64,000 nucleotides of DNA from an uncultured Candidatus Poseidoniales archaeon (lineage in GTDB: Archaea; Thermoplasmatota; Poseidoniia; Poseidoniales; Thalassarchaeaceae): NCBI GenBank assembly GCA_964585295.1, contig CAZPCY010000002.1:102745-166744 (forward strand), in the 5' to 3' direction. Below the pieces are notes generated by a model. The model was not told the origin of the DNA. It saw only the letters and a program-made list of their open reading frames with translations, and did no database searches. Positions within the stretch are counted from its first letter, which is position 1. Every line of letters begins with the position of its first letter. A program made the translations under genes and the position numbers. Shown piece by piece: positions 48,700 to 58,408 of this stretch.

Positions 48700-49145
48700 C
48701 GAGTAGCATACGACGATGGGTGGAGACCGATACAGGGCACAGGGTTCCAGCCCACGAATCAAAATGCAGACACATGCACGGACATCGTTACCGCTGGGAA
48801 GCCGAATTGGCAGGGGGCATTGTTACCGAAACGGGTGCTGCGGATGAGGGGATGCTGGTGGACTTCGGTGAGGTGTCATCCATCCTCCAAGAGCGGATAC
48901 ACGATGTGGTTGATCACGCATTTATTCTCCACGCTGAAGACGAAGCAGGTATACTGGCGCTTTCCGCCATGGGAGATGACCATAGGACCGTCATACTGCC
49001 ATTCGTGCCTACAGCGGAGAATCTCGCCAGATGGGCGTTCGAACAGGTAGATCCCGTCATCGCTGATTCGTACGGTGGTAGGTTGTCTCTTGTGGCTTTC
49101 CATGTGCGAGAGACTCCGAAATCGTGGGCCACCTGGCGGCCATGA
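48696..49145 (+). CDS. queD: 6-carboxy-5,6,7,8-tetrahydropterin synthase QueD
   Basis: CxxxHGH motif (CRHMHGHRY) of the PTPS/QueD family; ATGA overlap with queC. Confidence 0.85.
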   Translation: MTSSIRRWVETDTGHRVPAHESKCRHMHGHRYRWEAELAGGIVTETGAADEGMLVDFGEVSSILQERIHDVVDHAFILHAEDEAGILALSAMGDDHRTVILPFVPTAENLARWAFEQVDPVIADSYGGRLSLVAFHVRETPKSWATWRP

Positions 49146-49216
49146 TCTATACTCAAACATTACCGCCCTTAAGATTCGGGCGCACTTTGAAGTGGTATCT
49201 CCTCTGACGACCCCGC

Positions 49217-52200
49217 ATGACGACACCTGCCCGGGACTCAACGACCGTTACGACAGCCATGGTATTGATTGCCATGATGCTGCTTTCGACGTATGGATAT
49301 GCGACCCCTGATACGCTTTCCGAAGATTGGCGGCAAGAGAGCAAATCCGCGCCTACGGGGGCGATGACCACGACCTTCAACCAAACCCATGTCGGCTGGA
49401 ACGATACTATTCTTATCCACCATGCGCTGAGCGGGCTTTCCTCATCCCACTCCTACGAGGTTTCTTGGAAAATTTGTGAAGGAAACGCAGTCCACCACGG
49501 ATGCCATGACAGAGCATACGAACATTCAGACACTGGTCAGAATACCCTCTTTGAAGGGACGCACACGGTGCCAACAGGGGTCACCTCATTCCTCGTAATC
49601 CACACACTGCACACGAATTTGACCCGGAGCTCCTCAGGTGGTCATCAGACAAATGGAACCTACACACTAGTCGCCCAGATGATATCGAATACCTATGTCG
49701 TCGATACCGAGAAAAAGGTCTTCCAAACGGTCGGGGATGGATCGGGATTCTGGCATGTAGACGACAGCCCTGATGGACATATGCAACCTTACCTGAACCA
49801 GACGGCATACATGGTTAACGACCCGGTAACGGCCATCGTCGACAATCGCTTGGCCTGTGATCCGAGTGGAGATTGGGGGATTCACTGGGAGATTTTCGAT
49901 GATGCGACGAGCAATAGCGTGTTGACGGGTAGCGAGATCTCCACTAGGTCCTGTACGCACAGGTACGTGTACAGCCGCAGTGATTGGAATCCGAAGTCGT
50001 CTGGAATGTCTAGAGGAGTGCAACTTACCAGCACTGGTCTCGCTGGGGGTAACTACACAGTAGTGCTCGATCTCGTGCAGGAGGACAGCGGCATCAAAGT
50101 TGCAACCCATAGCGCTCAGTTCCAGGTCCTAGATGTCCAATTCACCGGTAACGAGGATTTCACAGTATTTTTCAGCAACGGCAGATACCTAGATGCTGAT
50201 TCTGACAACCTTGAATTCATTGTGAATGTGACCGGACTAGCACCAACCAATACTTCCTCAGGGACTGATATACCGTATCAGATTGACTGGAGGATATGCT
50301 CCGGCAACTACACTCGGAGAGGATGTTACCAGCAGAGTTATCCCGTAAATCAGAGCGGTGGGCAGAACGAAAAAGCCCGTGGAAGCGAACAAATTCCATT
50401 GGGTCATACAAGTGATTCCATCACCATCCAAGTATCCGCCGAACTCGGATCGCACGCCAGTGCTAGCCAATCACAGAATGGAACGCATTCGTTGATTATC
50501 TCACTCACAGCACTTTCCTACACGCTGGCAGTGGAGAAACCCACCGTGATGATCCTCGGCCAAGAGGGGAACGCCTACTGGGATACTGCGAAGGGAAGAT
50601 ACGGATGGCCTATCTTGGACAACAGCGGATATCTAGTCAACATGTCAATTTCCCTCGATGTCAGGATGACACTTTCCTGTGACCCAACATCGGAATGGAG
50701 ATTGGAATGGAATTTCGTGGACACCTCTGACCAAACTGTTGCTCACACTGACGGTGTCGAAAAGACCCTGGCCTGCTCGGCATACTATCCGTGGGACAGG
50801 CAACATTGGCACCCTAAGACTCCGAACAACAACAACATGTTGGAACTCACCTCATCTGGATTGGAAGCTGGTGACTACAGGCTTACGCTGTCAATCATTC
50901 AGAATGACAGTGGAGTGTCGGTACTGAGTCACTCTTTCGACTTCGCGGTGGTCGATGTGACTCTGACGGGGGCCGAGGTCATGGCATTGAGCGGAGACTC
51001 GAATCTGGGTCGGCATGTTCCTTGGGGGTCCGATTTCTTCCCAAGGGTGAATGTCACCGGCTTGGATTCCAACACCGATTACGATGTATTCTGGGAAGTC
51101 TGCGAGGGAGATGCGGATGCCGCGGGATGCCGCCAGCCAGCGTTCTTCCTAAAGGCCTCGATGAATTCGATTCTCGATCACGAATGGGACGTTTGGGATG
51201 TTGGTACAGATTCGGAGTCAGACGATTTCGCTCTCCGAGTCTACACGAGAATGTCAGGTGAGAATAATTTGAATGACCGGAGAAACGGGACATACTCGGT
51301 AATCGTCTCACTGAGAACAGAGACTCACACCTTGGTCAAACAGCACATCGAATTCATGGTGGTCGGCGCGCCCGATGCGGCCCGTTGGACCACATGGAGC
51401 CAACCCGGAGGGATACCATCTCTTCCGACGGGCGCCTACCTGAAGAACAGTTCAGTAGAGCTCGAGGTCCTTACCGAACTAGGATGCTCACCGGCATCGA
51501 CTTGGGGATTAAGATGGGAGATTACCAATCTCGACACCGCAAGCATTCTTCCTGTGGAATGGATAGAGCAGAGTGTTTCATGCGAGCCTTACGCTAGGAA
51601 TCACAAGCATAACCGCAGGTGGGTCAGCGGCACCTCCAATTCGATGCTTGAACTCTCACCTGGACTTGACAGTGGCAACTACTCTGTCGAATTGACATTG
51701 GTCCAGAATGACAGCATAATAGATGTGCTGTCTATCACTGATGAGTTCAGAGTAGTTGACGATTGGGAGGTGCTCGACGGATCGATGATTGGCCTGACTA
51801 CAGGGGCAACAGATGAGTTATCAGAGGTATACGCTAATTTCAGCATGGTCAACCAGTTGAACGATGAATGGTACAATGTCGATTGGATTATGGTGAACTC
51901 GACCGACTGGACCGAGATCGACAACGGTACATTCGGGTATCTTTCAATCTCGGACGAATACGTTCGTAACCAGACAATAGTAGGTGTTGTCGGCGAAGGA
52001 TACTGTATCAATGCAACGCTACGCAAGGGCCAGGATATCATCAAGGACACCGCGAGCGCCTGTTCTTCAGCCATCCAACCACCTCCTGACGAGGATGATG
52101 ATGGCGTTCCCGATTCGGCGGATACTTGCCCGGGAACTGAATTCAACTGGACGATAGATGCATCAGGATGCGCCCAGAACCAAATCGACGATGATGGCGA

Positions 52201-53500
52201 TGGTGTCTTCAATCACAATGACACCTGCATCGGTACCGATTCTGCTAACTGGACCGTCGATGCAGACGGTTGCGCAGATAACCAGTTGGACAGCGATTCC
52301 GACGGAGTCATGAATGATATCGACCAATGTTCCGACACCGACCAAGGGGCGACCGTTGATGCAGATGGATGCTCACAGTTGCAACTCTCAGACACGGACT
52401 CCGATGGGGTGAACGATCAGGATGACGAATGTCCATCCACGCCGGCGACAGATGTTCCTACTGTCAATGATATCGGTTGCGGGTCCACGGAACGAGACGG
52501 GGACGGCGATGGTTGGGTGGACGCTGAGGACGACTGCCCTAACACACCTCCCGGTGGGGTAATCGAAGACCGTGGCTGCCAATCAGACACCATCGACACC
52601 GATCAGGATGGAATTGTCGACATCAACGACCTCTGTCCGAACACGCCTGGTGGCCCAATTGCCATGATAACAGTCGATGCCGATGGTTGTGCCGAGTCCC
52701 AGAAGGACGATGACGGCGACCTAGTGATGAATGACGTGGACAACTGCACCGAGACAGACAGTGCCAATTGGACGGCTGATGCCGAGGGGTGCGCTCCAAA
52801 CCAACTGGACTCGGATACCGACGGAATCACCAACGACCTCGATATATGTCCAACTAGTTCGTTCGGAGCAATCGTGGATGTGGTGGGCTGCGAGGACAGT
52901 GATGGCGACTCAGTGAACGAGTACAATGACACATGTCCTGGCACACTGACAACGGAGGCTACCCTCGTTGATGAGTTCGGCTGCGGACCCAGCCAACGCG
53001 ACACGGATGGAGACACTGTAAACGACGCGGATGACCTCTGTCCGGAGGTTGCAGGCTTGACAAAGCGTGGTGGCTGCCCGCCGAACACACCTCCAGTATG
53101 CTCGGTCTACGCATCAGCGAAGGTGGATGGCATCGACGTCACCGGAGATGCGATTCTACCAACTCTCGACCTGACAATCATCCCGACCATCGATCTTCCG
53201 ACGGGCGAGTACTATCTCATCCTGAAATGCTGGGACGAGGATGGGTCCAATGTCACAGTCAACCTGAATGGGATAGAGGAGACCGGTGAGGAAGTCGTTC
53301 TCGGAACTTTGGTTAGTGTCGATGAGAACACTGAACCGATGGATGTCAATGCTCAATTCAGCGATGGGGAGACGACCAAGACAATCTCTCTGAGAGTGCG
53401 ATTCAGCAGCGATTCCCAAGCCACACCAGGATTCGGTGCAATCGCATCCTTCGTCGCGTTGCTGGGTGCAGCGAGCGCAATCCAAAGGAGACGCGATTGA
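49217..53500 (+). CDS. Giant secreted surface protein (1427 aa): signal peptide, three tandem about 320 aa units each composed of two domain types, about 10 TSP3-type Ca-binding repeats, PGF-CTERM sorting signal
   Basis: Signal peptide MVLIAMMLLSTYGYA; repeated blocks (SWKICEGN.../DWRICSGN.../FWEVCEGD... and LACDPSGDW.../LSCDPTSEW.../LGCSPASTW...); DxDxDGxxNDxDxC repeats; C-terminal PGFGAIASFVALLGAASAIQRRRD; many N-x-S/T sequons. Confidence 0.8.
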   Translation: MTTPARDSTTVTTAMVLIAMMLLSTYGYATPDTLSEDWRQESKSAPTGAMTTTFNQTHVGWNDTILIHHALSGLSSSHSYEVSWKICEGNAVHHGCHDRAYEHSDTGQNTLFEGTHTVPTGVTSFLVIHTLHTNLTRSSSGGHQTNGTYTLVAQMISNTYVVDTEKKVFQTVGDGSGFWHVDDSPDGHMQPYLNQTAYMVNDPVTAIVDNRLACDPSGDWGIHWEIFDDATSNSVLTGSEISTRSCTHRYVYSRSDWNPKSSGMSRGVQLTSTGLAGGNYTVVLDLVQEDSGIKVATHSAQFQVLDVQFTGNEDFTVFFSNGRYLDADSDNLEFIVNVTGLAPTNTSSGTDIPYQIDWRICSGNYTRRGCYQQSYPVNQSGGQNEKARGSEQIPLGHTSDSITIQVSAELGSHASASQSQNGTHSLIISLTALSYTLAVEKPTVMILGQEGNAYWDTAKGRYGWPILDNSGYLVNMSISLDVRMTLSCDPTSEWRLEWNFVDTSDQTVAHTDGVEKTLACSAYYPWDRQHWHPKTPNNNNMLELTSSGLEAGDYRLTLSIIQNDSGVSVLSHSFDFAVVDVTLTGAEVMALSGDSNLGRHVPWGSDFFPRVNVTGLDSNTDYDVFWEVCEGDADAAGCRQPAFFLKASMNSILDHEWDVWDVGTDSESDDFALRVYTRMSGENNLNDRRNGTYSVIVSLRTETHTLVKQHIEFMVVGAPDAARWTTWSQPGGIPSLPTGAYLKNSSVELEVLTELGCSPASTWGLRWEITNLDTASILPVEWIEQSVSCEPYARNHKHNRRWVSGTSNSMLELSPGLDSGNYSVELTLVQNDSIIDVLSITDEFRVVDDWEVLDGSMIGLTTGATDELSEVYANFSMVNQLNDEWYNVDWIMVNSTDWTEIDNGTFGYLSISDEYVRNQTIVGVVGEGYCINATLRKGQDIIKDTASACSSAIQPPPDEDDDGVPDSADTCPGTEFNWTIDASGCAQNQIDDDGDGVFNHNDTCIGTDSANWTVDADGCADNQLDSDSDGVMNDIDQCSDTDQGATVDADGCSQLQLSDTDSDGVNDQDDECPSTPATDVPTVNDIGCGSTERDGDGDGWVDAEDDCPNTPPGGVIEDRGCQSDTIDTDQDGIVDINDLCPNTPGGPIAMITVDADGCAESQKDDDGDLVMNDVDNCTETDSANWTADAEGCAPNQLDSDTDGITNDLDICPTSSFGAIVDVVGCEDSDGDSVNEYNDTCPGTLTTEATLVDEFGCGPSQRDTDGDTVNDADDLCPEVAGLTKRGGCPPNTPPVCSVYASAKVDGIDVTGDAILPTLDLTIIPTIDLPTGEYYLILKCWDEDGSNVTVNLNGIEETGEEVVLGTLVSVDENTEPMDVNAQFSDGETTKTISLRVRFSSDSQATPGFGAIASFVALLGAASAIQRRRD
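52085..53090 (+). repeat. About 10 tandem 33-aa thrombospondin-type-3-like calcium-binding repeats (Q.D.D.DG..ND.D.CP......vDa.GC) inside the giant surface protein gene
   Basis: Repeats counted directly in the translation; coordinates approximate. Confidence 0.6.
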
Positions 53501-53511
53501 ATTACTGATCA

Positions 53512-54366
53512 TCACGTGTCAGCACGATGCTGTCTCCGCTCAGCCGACCCGGTTGATCGGAGTTCATCCCAGAGGTCACGATTAGCATCCATGAAACCCA
53601 ACGCCAGTGAGGCGTCATCCAACATGCCGATCAGCCGGTGTGCCTCGTGATCGTTGGGGATGGCTCTCAGCAGGACCCGCTGCAGCGTCTCAGCTGCACC
53701 CTTCCTCTTCTCCTCCGCCCGAGGTAAGGATATTGCCAGCCGTTCGACGCTGCCCCGCAGAACTCTCCTCAGTTCAGGGGAAAGAACTCTCTCGGGATGG
53801 ACTGTCTTCGGCAGGGATTGCTCTCTGCCGATTCGGCCATCCCGAACAAGCCCCCCGAACCATTCGTAGACCACTATCGAGACCGCATGGCTGAGGTTCA
53901 GGATTGGGTATCCCTCCCATGTAGGAATGGTTAGCAGCAGATCGCACATCTGCAATTGCTCATTGGAGAGACCACTTCCCTCCTCTCCGAAGACGACCGC
54001 CGCCCTTCCGCTGGCCCCCAGCAATCTTTCCTCAATCTCCTCGGGGAGCAGGAAGTGACGGAACTGTACCTTGTCACCCATCTCTCTCTTACCACTAGTC
54101 CCGATTACTATGCTGATGTCCGACATACAACCATCCCAGTCTTCGTGGAACGAGATGCCATCGAGGACCTTCTGGGCGTGTTTCGCACGATTCCTCGCCT
54201 CATCGCTCCATTCAATTTTCGGGCCGATGATACGAAGTCGATCCAAACCGAAATTCAGCATTGATCTCGCAATAGCACCTATGTTTCCTTCGTTGGTAGG
54301 ATGATCCAGCACGATGAGCAGTTCGACATCGCGATGCGGTATCGGTATGTCGGCTCTGCCACCCAT
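53512..54366 (-). CDS. SpoU/TrmH-family RNA 2'-O-methyltransferase (TrmJ-like) with C-terminal extension
   Basis: LIVLDHPTNEGNIGAIARS and VVFGEEGSGLSNE motifs of SPOUT methyltransferases; start chosen at the MGGRAD Met to avoid overlap with the upstream gene. Confidence 0.7.
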   Translation of the reverse strand: MGGRADIPIPHRDVELLIVLDHPTNEGNIGAIARSMLNFGLDRLRIIGPKIEWSDEARNRAKHAQKVLDGISFHEDWDGCMSDISIVIGTSGKREMGDKVQFRHFLLPEEIEERLLGASGRAAVVFGEEGSGLSNEQLQMCDLLLTIPTWEGYPILNLSHAVSIVVYEWFGGLVRDGRIGREQSLPKTVHPERVLSPELRRVLRGSVERLAISLPRAEEKRKGAAETLQRVLLRAIPNDHEAHRLIGMLDDASLALGFMDANRDLWDELRSTGSAERRQHRADT

Positions 54367-54418
54367 GGAATCTCGACGAAGCGAATGGTGATGAGGCTGT
54401 TCCAAAACTCTGGCATCA

Positions 54419-54943
54419 TTAGTCAGCGTATCGAATCGCGGTCCCAAAGGCGAGAACCTCGATTCCAGCGACCTTGCTTTTGCCCCCCTTCTGAACCGCA
54501 AGAGTCGAAGTTTCAAGTCGCATGTTGATTACTGCATGGTAGCCCAATGATTCGGCTGATTCCCGCAACCTTTGCATCGCTTCTCTCCTGCCGAGACCAA
54601 GGGCGCGATCGAACGATTCTATCCGTCCACCGAACAGACTGATTAGCCATCCTAGCAACTGCTGCCACCAAGAAGCTCCGACGACTAGTGACTCCATGAT
54701 CAACTGACTTGCGGCGACCTCGCGATCGGGGGTAGCGGTCCGTAGGTTGCTGAGACTGTCCCCCCCTGTGCGAGCGACGAAATCCTTCTCCCTCTGCAGG
54801 CATTCATCAATTCTCTTGTTCTGGTATCGTCCACTAAACGCGGCACTGAACAGGATTGGACCAAATGATAGCGACAAGGAGAAGATTATCCCGAAGGCGG
54901 TCAACGCCATAATGAGTGTCTCCTCGGAAGCCATGTGGATCAC
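54419..54943 (-). CDS. Membrane-anchored YbjQ/UPF0145 (DUF74) domain protein
   Basis: N-terminal TM helix; C-terminal GYHAVINMRLETS...AFGTAI matches the YbjQ family. Confidence 0.55.
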   Translation of the reverse strand: MIHMASEETLIMALTAFGIIFSLSLSFGPILFSAAFSGRYQNKRIDECLQREKDFVARTGGDSLSNLRTATPDREVAASQLIMESLVVGASWWQQLLGWLISLFGGRIESFDRALGLGRREAMQRLRESAESLGYHAVINMRLETSTLAVQKGGKSKVAGIEVLAFGTAIRYAD

Positions 54944-55330
54944 TCACTGTACGATAACAGCGGTTCCGTATGCGAACAGTTCACTCGCACCGCCAGCGAC
55001 CGATGAGGTCGCGAAGCGGACGTTCACTATCGCGTTAGCCCCGCGAGCCGAGGCGTCGGCCATCATCCTCTGAACGGCTTGAGTTCGAGACTCACCGAGC
55101 AATTGGGTGTATGCGACTAATTCGCCTCCGACGATGCTCTTCAGCCCGGCTCCTATGTCCTTGAACACGTTCTTCGCACGAACGGTTGAGCCCGATACTA
55201 CTCCGAGAGTCCTTTGGATGCTCATGCCTGGTATGGTCTCCGTGTTCACAACAATCAATTGGTTCGCTACCTGTTGCATCTGAACTGCTTCAGTGGTTGG
55301 CTCTCCAGCCTGAGTTGGTGCTGATTCCAT
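54944..55330 (-). CDS. YbjQ/UPF0145 (DUF74) family protein
   Basis: GANAIVNVRFATS...AYGTAV signature; 128 aa. Confidence 0.65.
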   Translation of the reverse strand: MESAPTQAGEPTTEAVQMQQVANQLIVVNTETIPGMSIQRTLGVVSGSTVRAKNVFKDIGAGLKSIVGGELVAYTQLLGESRTQAVQRMMADASARGANAIVNVRFATSSVAGGASELFAYGTAVIVQ

Positions 55331-55368
55331 GTACGACCGTGATTCCTTACGGCAATTGAATGTGCTGC

Positions 55369-56100
55369 TCAGGTGCTGCTCTGATGGAATCCGGAAGGGT
55401 CAACCTGATCGCCACTCTTGGTCATCATGGCGACGACAGCTATCAGTGCGAGCAATGTGATGTTGCAGAACCCAATTTGTATCGGTGCAGCGAACTGATG
55501 GATTGTGAAGATGAGTTCGGCATTTCCCCCGACGACGCTCGAAAAGTGCTCCCTATGCATCTCATTGTAGAGATCTAGCATGAGGACTTGGGCGATGCAT
55601 CCCCCTAGAATCCATACGCAGCATGCGAAGAGACCCCTCCTGTCCTGAGCGAACAGAAGCACGGATGCGACGGCGGTAATTGGGATCCCAATCAATGCGG
55701 ATGTCAACTGGATTGAGGCCAAACGGTCCATCCTCTCATCCTCCATCAGGGCACGGGTCGCCTCGAGCCACTGGATAGCCTCGACCGTCGCGTTCCACTC
55801 CTCTTGCTCGACCACACTGCCGTTCTCTGGATATGGGCCGGGATCATCGATCTCGATGTCCATCATTTCGCTGGAGAAGCGGAGGGTGACTTCCATCGCA
55901 GCGGCATTCATTAGATTTAGGAGAGTAAACAGTATCAGGACGATTGCTGCCCCACGCATCCACCAGATTGAAGGAGCAACTGGGGCAAGGGTCGCCGACT
56001 GGTTCGTCACGATGCCGTTCGCAATCGAAGAATTGGCATCAATCATCTGTGGATGCACGACTATGATGTTTCGGAAAGAGTTGTCCGCACTTCGCATCAA
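55369..56100 (-). CDS. Hypothetical membrane protein (4-5 TM)
   Basis: ORF track; hydrophobic segments; ATGA overlap with rps17e. Confidence 0.4.
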   Translation of the reverse strand: MMRSADNSFRNIIVVHPQMIDANSSIANGIVTNQSATLAPVAPSIWWMRGAAIVLILFTLLNLMNAAAMEVTLRFSSEMMDIEIDDPGPYPENGSVVEQEEWNATVEAIQWLEATRALMEDERMDRLASIQLTSALIGIPITAVASVLLFAQDRRGLFACCVWILGGCIAQVLMLDLYNEMHREHFSSVVGGNAELIFTIHQFAAPIQIGFCNITLLALIAVVAMMTKSGDQVDPSGFHQSST

Positions 56101-56294
56101 TCAATACGCCGCTGGACGTATCTTGTCACATAACCAGCAATCCAGTTACGCATCCTCTTGTTACGGACATCGGTGAATCTCGCGACAAGTATCTTGTTGT
56201 GGTCGAAGTCGGAGTTGAACTGGTCGGGGTACTGCTCTACGAGTCTGAGGGCTCGCAACTTGATGAAGGAAGGTCGAATGTTCCCCATGTTCAT
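56097..56294 (-). CDS. rps17e: 30S ribosomal protein S17e
   Basis: MGNIRPSFIKLRALRLVEQYPDQFNSDFDHNK matches the S17e family. Confidence 0.85.
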   Translation of the reverse strand: MNMGNIRPSFIKLRALRLVEQYPDQFNSDFDHNKILVARFTDVRNKRMRNWIAGYVTRYVQRRID

Positions 56295-56605
56295 TCCTCT
56301 GCCAACTTGACTTCAATCGGGAATCCATCTTCCTTGGTGACGATGACTCGAATCCTTCGAGGCGGTTTCTGCATACCTCTAGCCCAGACGGCTACATTGA
56401 CCGAATCATCCAGCCATACCTTGTCCTCTTCGAGAGCGGCGCTCTCTCCAGGACTCCTCTGGAACATCTTTTGGATATCGCGGCGCATGTGCCTCTGGAC
56501 ATGGCGGCGAATCAATTCCATACACTTCTGTGCCCTCTGGGTACGTGGACCGTTCCACGCTTCCCGCAATGGAATCGTCATTTCACGGGTGATAACTTCG
56601 GCCAT
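56291..56605 (-). CDS. rpl31e: 50S ribosomal protein L31e
   Basis: TIPLREAWNGPRTQRAQKCMELIRRH...VWARGMQKPPRRIRV matches L31e. Confidence 0.85.
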   Translation of the reverse strand: MAEVITREMTIPLREAWNGPRTQRAQKCMELIRRHVQRHMRRDIQKMFQRSPGESAALEEDKVWLDDSVNVAVWARGMQKPPRRIRVIVTKEDGFPIEVKLAEE

Positions 56606-56609
56606 GGTC

Positions 56610-56765
56610 TCACTTCTTGAGCTTTGAACGGCGCCAGTGATGGCGCTTGGGATGTGTGGTGACCTTTCGGTCGGTCCGCATCATCACCCAAACCGGGACA
56701 CGACGATTCTGCTTCGTCGCCTTCATCAGCCTCTTCTTCTTGGCAAATGGTTTGTTGCGAGACAT
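56610..56765 (-). CDS. rpl39e: 50S ribosomal protein L39e
   Basis: [31 protein letters not shown]...[11 protein letters not shown] matches L39e; start at the internal Met of track ORF 56610..56834. Confidence 0.85.
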   Translation of the reverse strand: MSRNKPFAKKKRLMKATKQNRRVPVWVMMRTDRKVTTHPKRHHWRRSKLKK

Positions 56766-56775
56766 TTGGGGCACC

Positions 56776-57255
56776 TCAGTACTTCGAGAGGGCAGGCACT
56801 TCGGCCTCGACCTCGGATCGGATGTCGTGGGCAATCTCGTCGAGTAGTGATTGCGCTGCTGGAGTTATCACTCGACCGACGTTGAGCGCCGGTTGCGGAT
56901 CCCTTCTGATGATCCTCGATTCGACCAAGCCGCTCGCTTCAAGTTGTTGGAGTGCGTTGCGAGCTATGGATCTAGAACCGGCGACGGCTCGATTCGGCTT
57001 CACCCCACGGTCCTTCGGCCCTCCGAATCGCTGAGCCAGATGATTAGTTCCAATCGGACCGTGGATGGCGACCTTCCGAAGTACGGCCGCACAGCGCGTT
57101 GTCCACCAATCATCCTGCTCCGGAGGCCTCTCTCGATGGGTACCGGTCTTGACTAGATCAGCCCATTCGGGTGCCGATATAGACTCCATCTCGGCTAACC
57201 TCAAACTCAGAGCCGGCAGGAGGCGACCTGCGGGGATGTCTCTGAAGGTCGTCAT
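56776..57255 (-). CDS. rps19e: 30S ribosomal protein S19e
   Basis: [34 protein letters not shown]...[10 protein letters not shown] matches S19e. Confidence 0.85.
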   Translation of the reverse strand: MTTFRDIPAGRLLPALSLRLAEMESISAPEWADLVKTGTHRERPPEQDDWWTTRCAAVLRKVAIHGPIGTNHLAQRFGGPKDRGVKPNRAVAGSRSIARNALQQLEASGLVESRIIRRDPQPALNVGRVITPAAQSLLDEIAHDIRSEVEAEVPALSKY

Positions 57256-57550
57256 CGAGTCACCTGAAGCAGCCAGCCGACCTGCCCCCCGTATTTCAAG
57301 GTCGCGTCATGTGCCCGCGAGGTAATCGGGACGCTGCATCCCCGTTTCTCACCTATCGAGAGGGCGCTCCCAATAGAAATGGGGATTCGCACTACCCTGG
57401 GGACACTGCGACATCGTCGAGAATCATGGGCTCATGCACTGATGGTCAAGGTGATGAGATTCGATTCTGAAAGATCTGCCGTGCAACCACTCCGGCAATC
57501 GGACTTCTCGTAAGGCGCATGTTCATGACTCGGGGGACAGTCGATGTGGC

Positions 57551-58363
57551 GTGCGCAGAGCGTTGGCTCGCAACCCGAACATGGTTCGAACCATGTTGTT
57601 GCTATCTGTAAGCCTCATCTTGATTCTCGCATTTGCCGTGCATTCAGCTACCATGGACTCCGAGTACTGGATGGTCAGGACTGACAACGCCCACAACGAG
57701 GCGGAGGCGGAGCCTGTGGCCGGGATTGATGGGGTCTGGAAGGTGAGAACCTCCGGCGCCTTAACTTGGCTGAATATTTCGGTTAGCGACGCTCCATCGG
57801 GATCAATCATCACAATCGATTCTGGAGGCCTATCTTGGTGGCACCATCCTTCATTGGGGGATCCAGAAGCAATCGGGTTCAATTGCATTGAAACTTCCTC
57901 CGCGGTGATTGAAGTCATTGAGCGATGCAAGAAAGCGTCGAGCCATTCCATCGTTCTCGAAGATGGTGATGGCGTGCTGCGGGGGCTCGTGGAGATCGAC
58001 CTTCCAGAGGAAGGTGTTCTGACCACGAGGCAGAAGACCGAGCAAGATGCGTTGGTATTCGCGGAGGCGATCGTTGAGCGCGCTGACCGCAATACAACGT
58101 GGACAATCACCCTCACAGACCAAGAGGGAGATTCCATCGATGGAGTCGGAATCGGAGTCGAGGCGCAGTGGACCTCGCATAGGGTCGTCAGTGCGTCCGT
58201 GTTCGCCGTCGACCCTGTGACTGAGCTCGCTTGGAGCGTTGCTGCACTCGTAGGTTGCTTCGGACTGGTCCTTCTCCTTCCTTTGACAGTATATTTAGCG
58301 GCCAGAGCCAAAGAGCGGCGCGACGAAGCACTACGCTATGTAACGGCAGAAGAAGACGAATGA
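57551..58363 (+). CDS. Bitopic secreted/membrane-anchored acidic protein (N-terminal signal/anchor, C-terminal TM)
   Basis: Hydrophobic N-terminus MLLLSVSLILILAFAV and C-terminus ALVGCFGLVLLLPLTVYL; the antisense ORF is Ser/Thr/Pro-rich and rejected. Confidence 0.5.
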   Translation: MRRALARNPNMVRTMLLLSVSLILILAFAVHSATMDSEYWMVRTDNAHNEAEAEPVAGIDGVWKVRTSGALTWLNISVSDAPSGSIITIDSGGLSWWHHPSLGDPEAIGFNCIETSSAVIEVIERCKKASSHSIVLEDGDGVLRGLVEIDLPEEGVLTTRQKTEQDALVFAEAIVERADRNTTWTITLTDQEGDSIDGVGIGVEAQWTSHRVVSASVFAVDPVTELAWSVAALVGCFGLVLLLPLTVYLAARAKERRDEALRYVTAEEDE

Positions 58364-58408
58364 CCCGCCTCCGCCGTCTTGATAAAGCACCGAGAGCGGT
58401 GCTGAACG

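Noticed and set aside
57523-58311. 262-aa minus-strand ORF overlapping the 57551..58363 plus-strand gene
   Set aside because: Its translation is Ser/Thr/Pro/Arg-rich with no domains. The plus-strand product has a signal-anchor, an acidic composition like the rest of the proteome, and a C-terminal TM.
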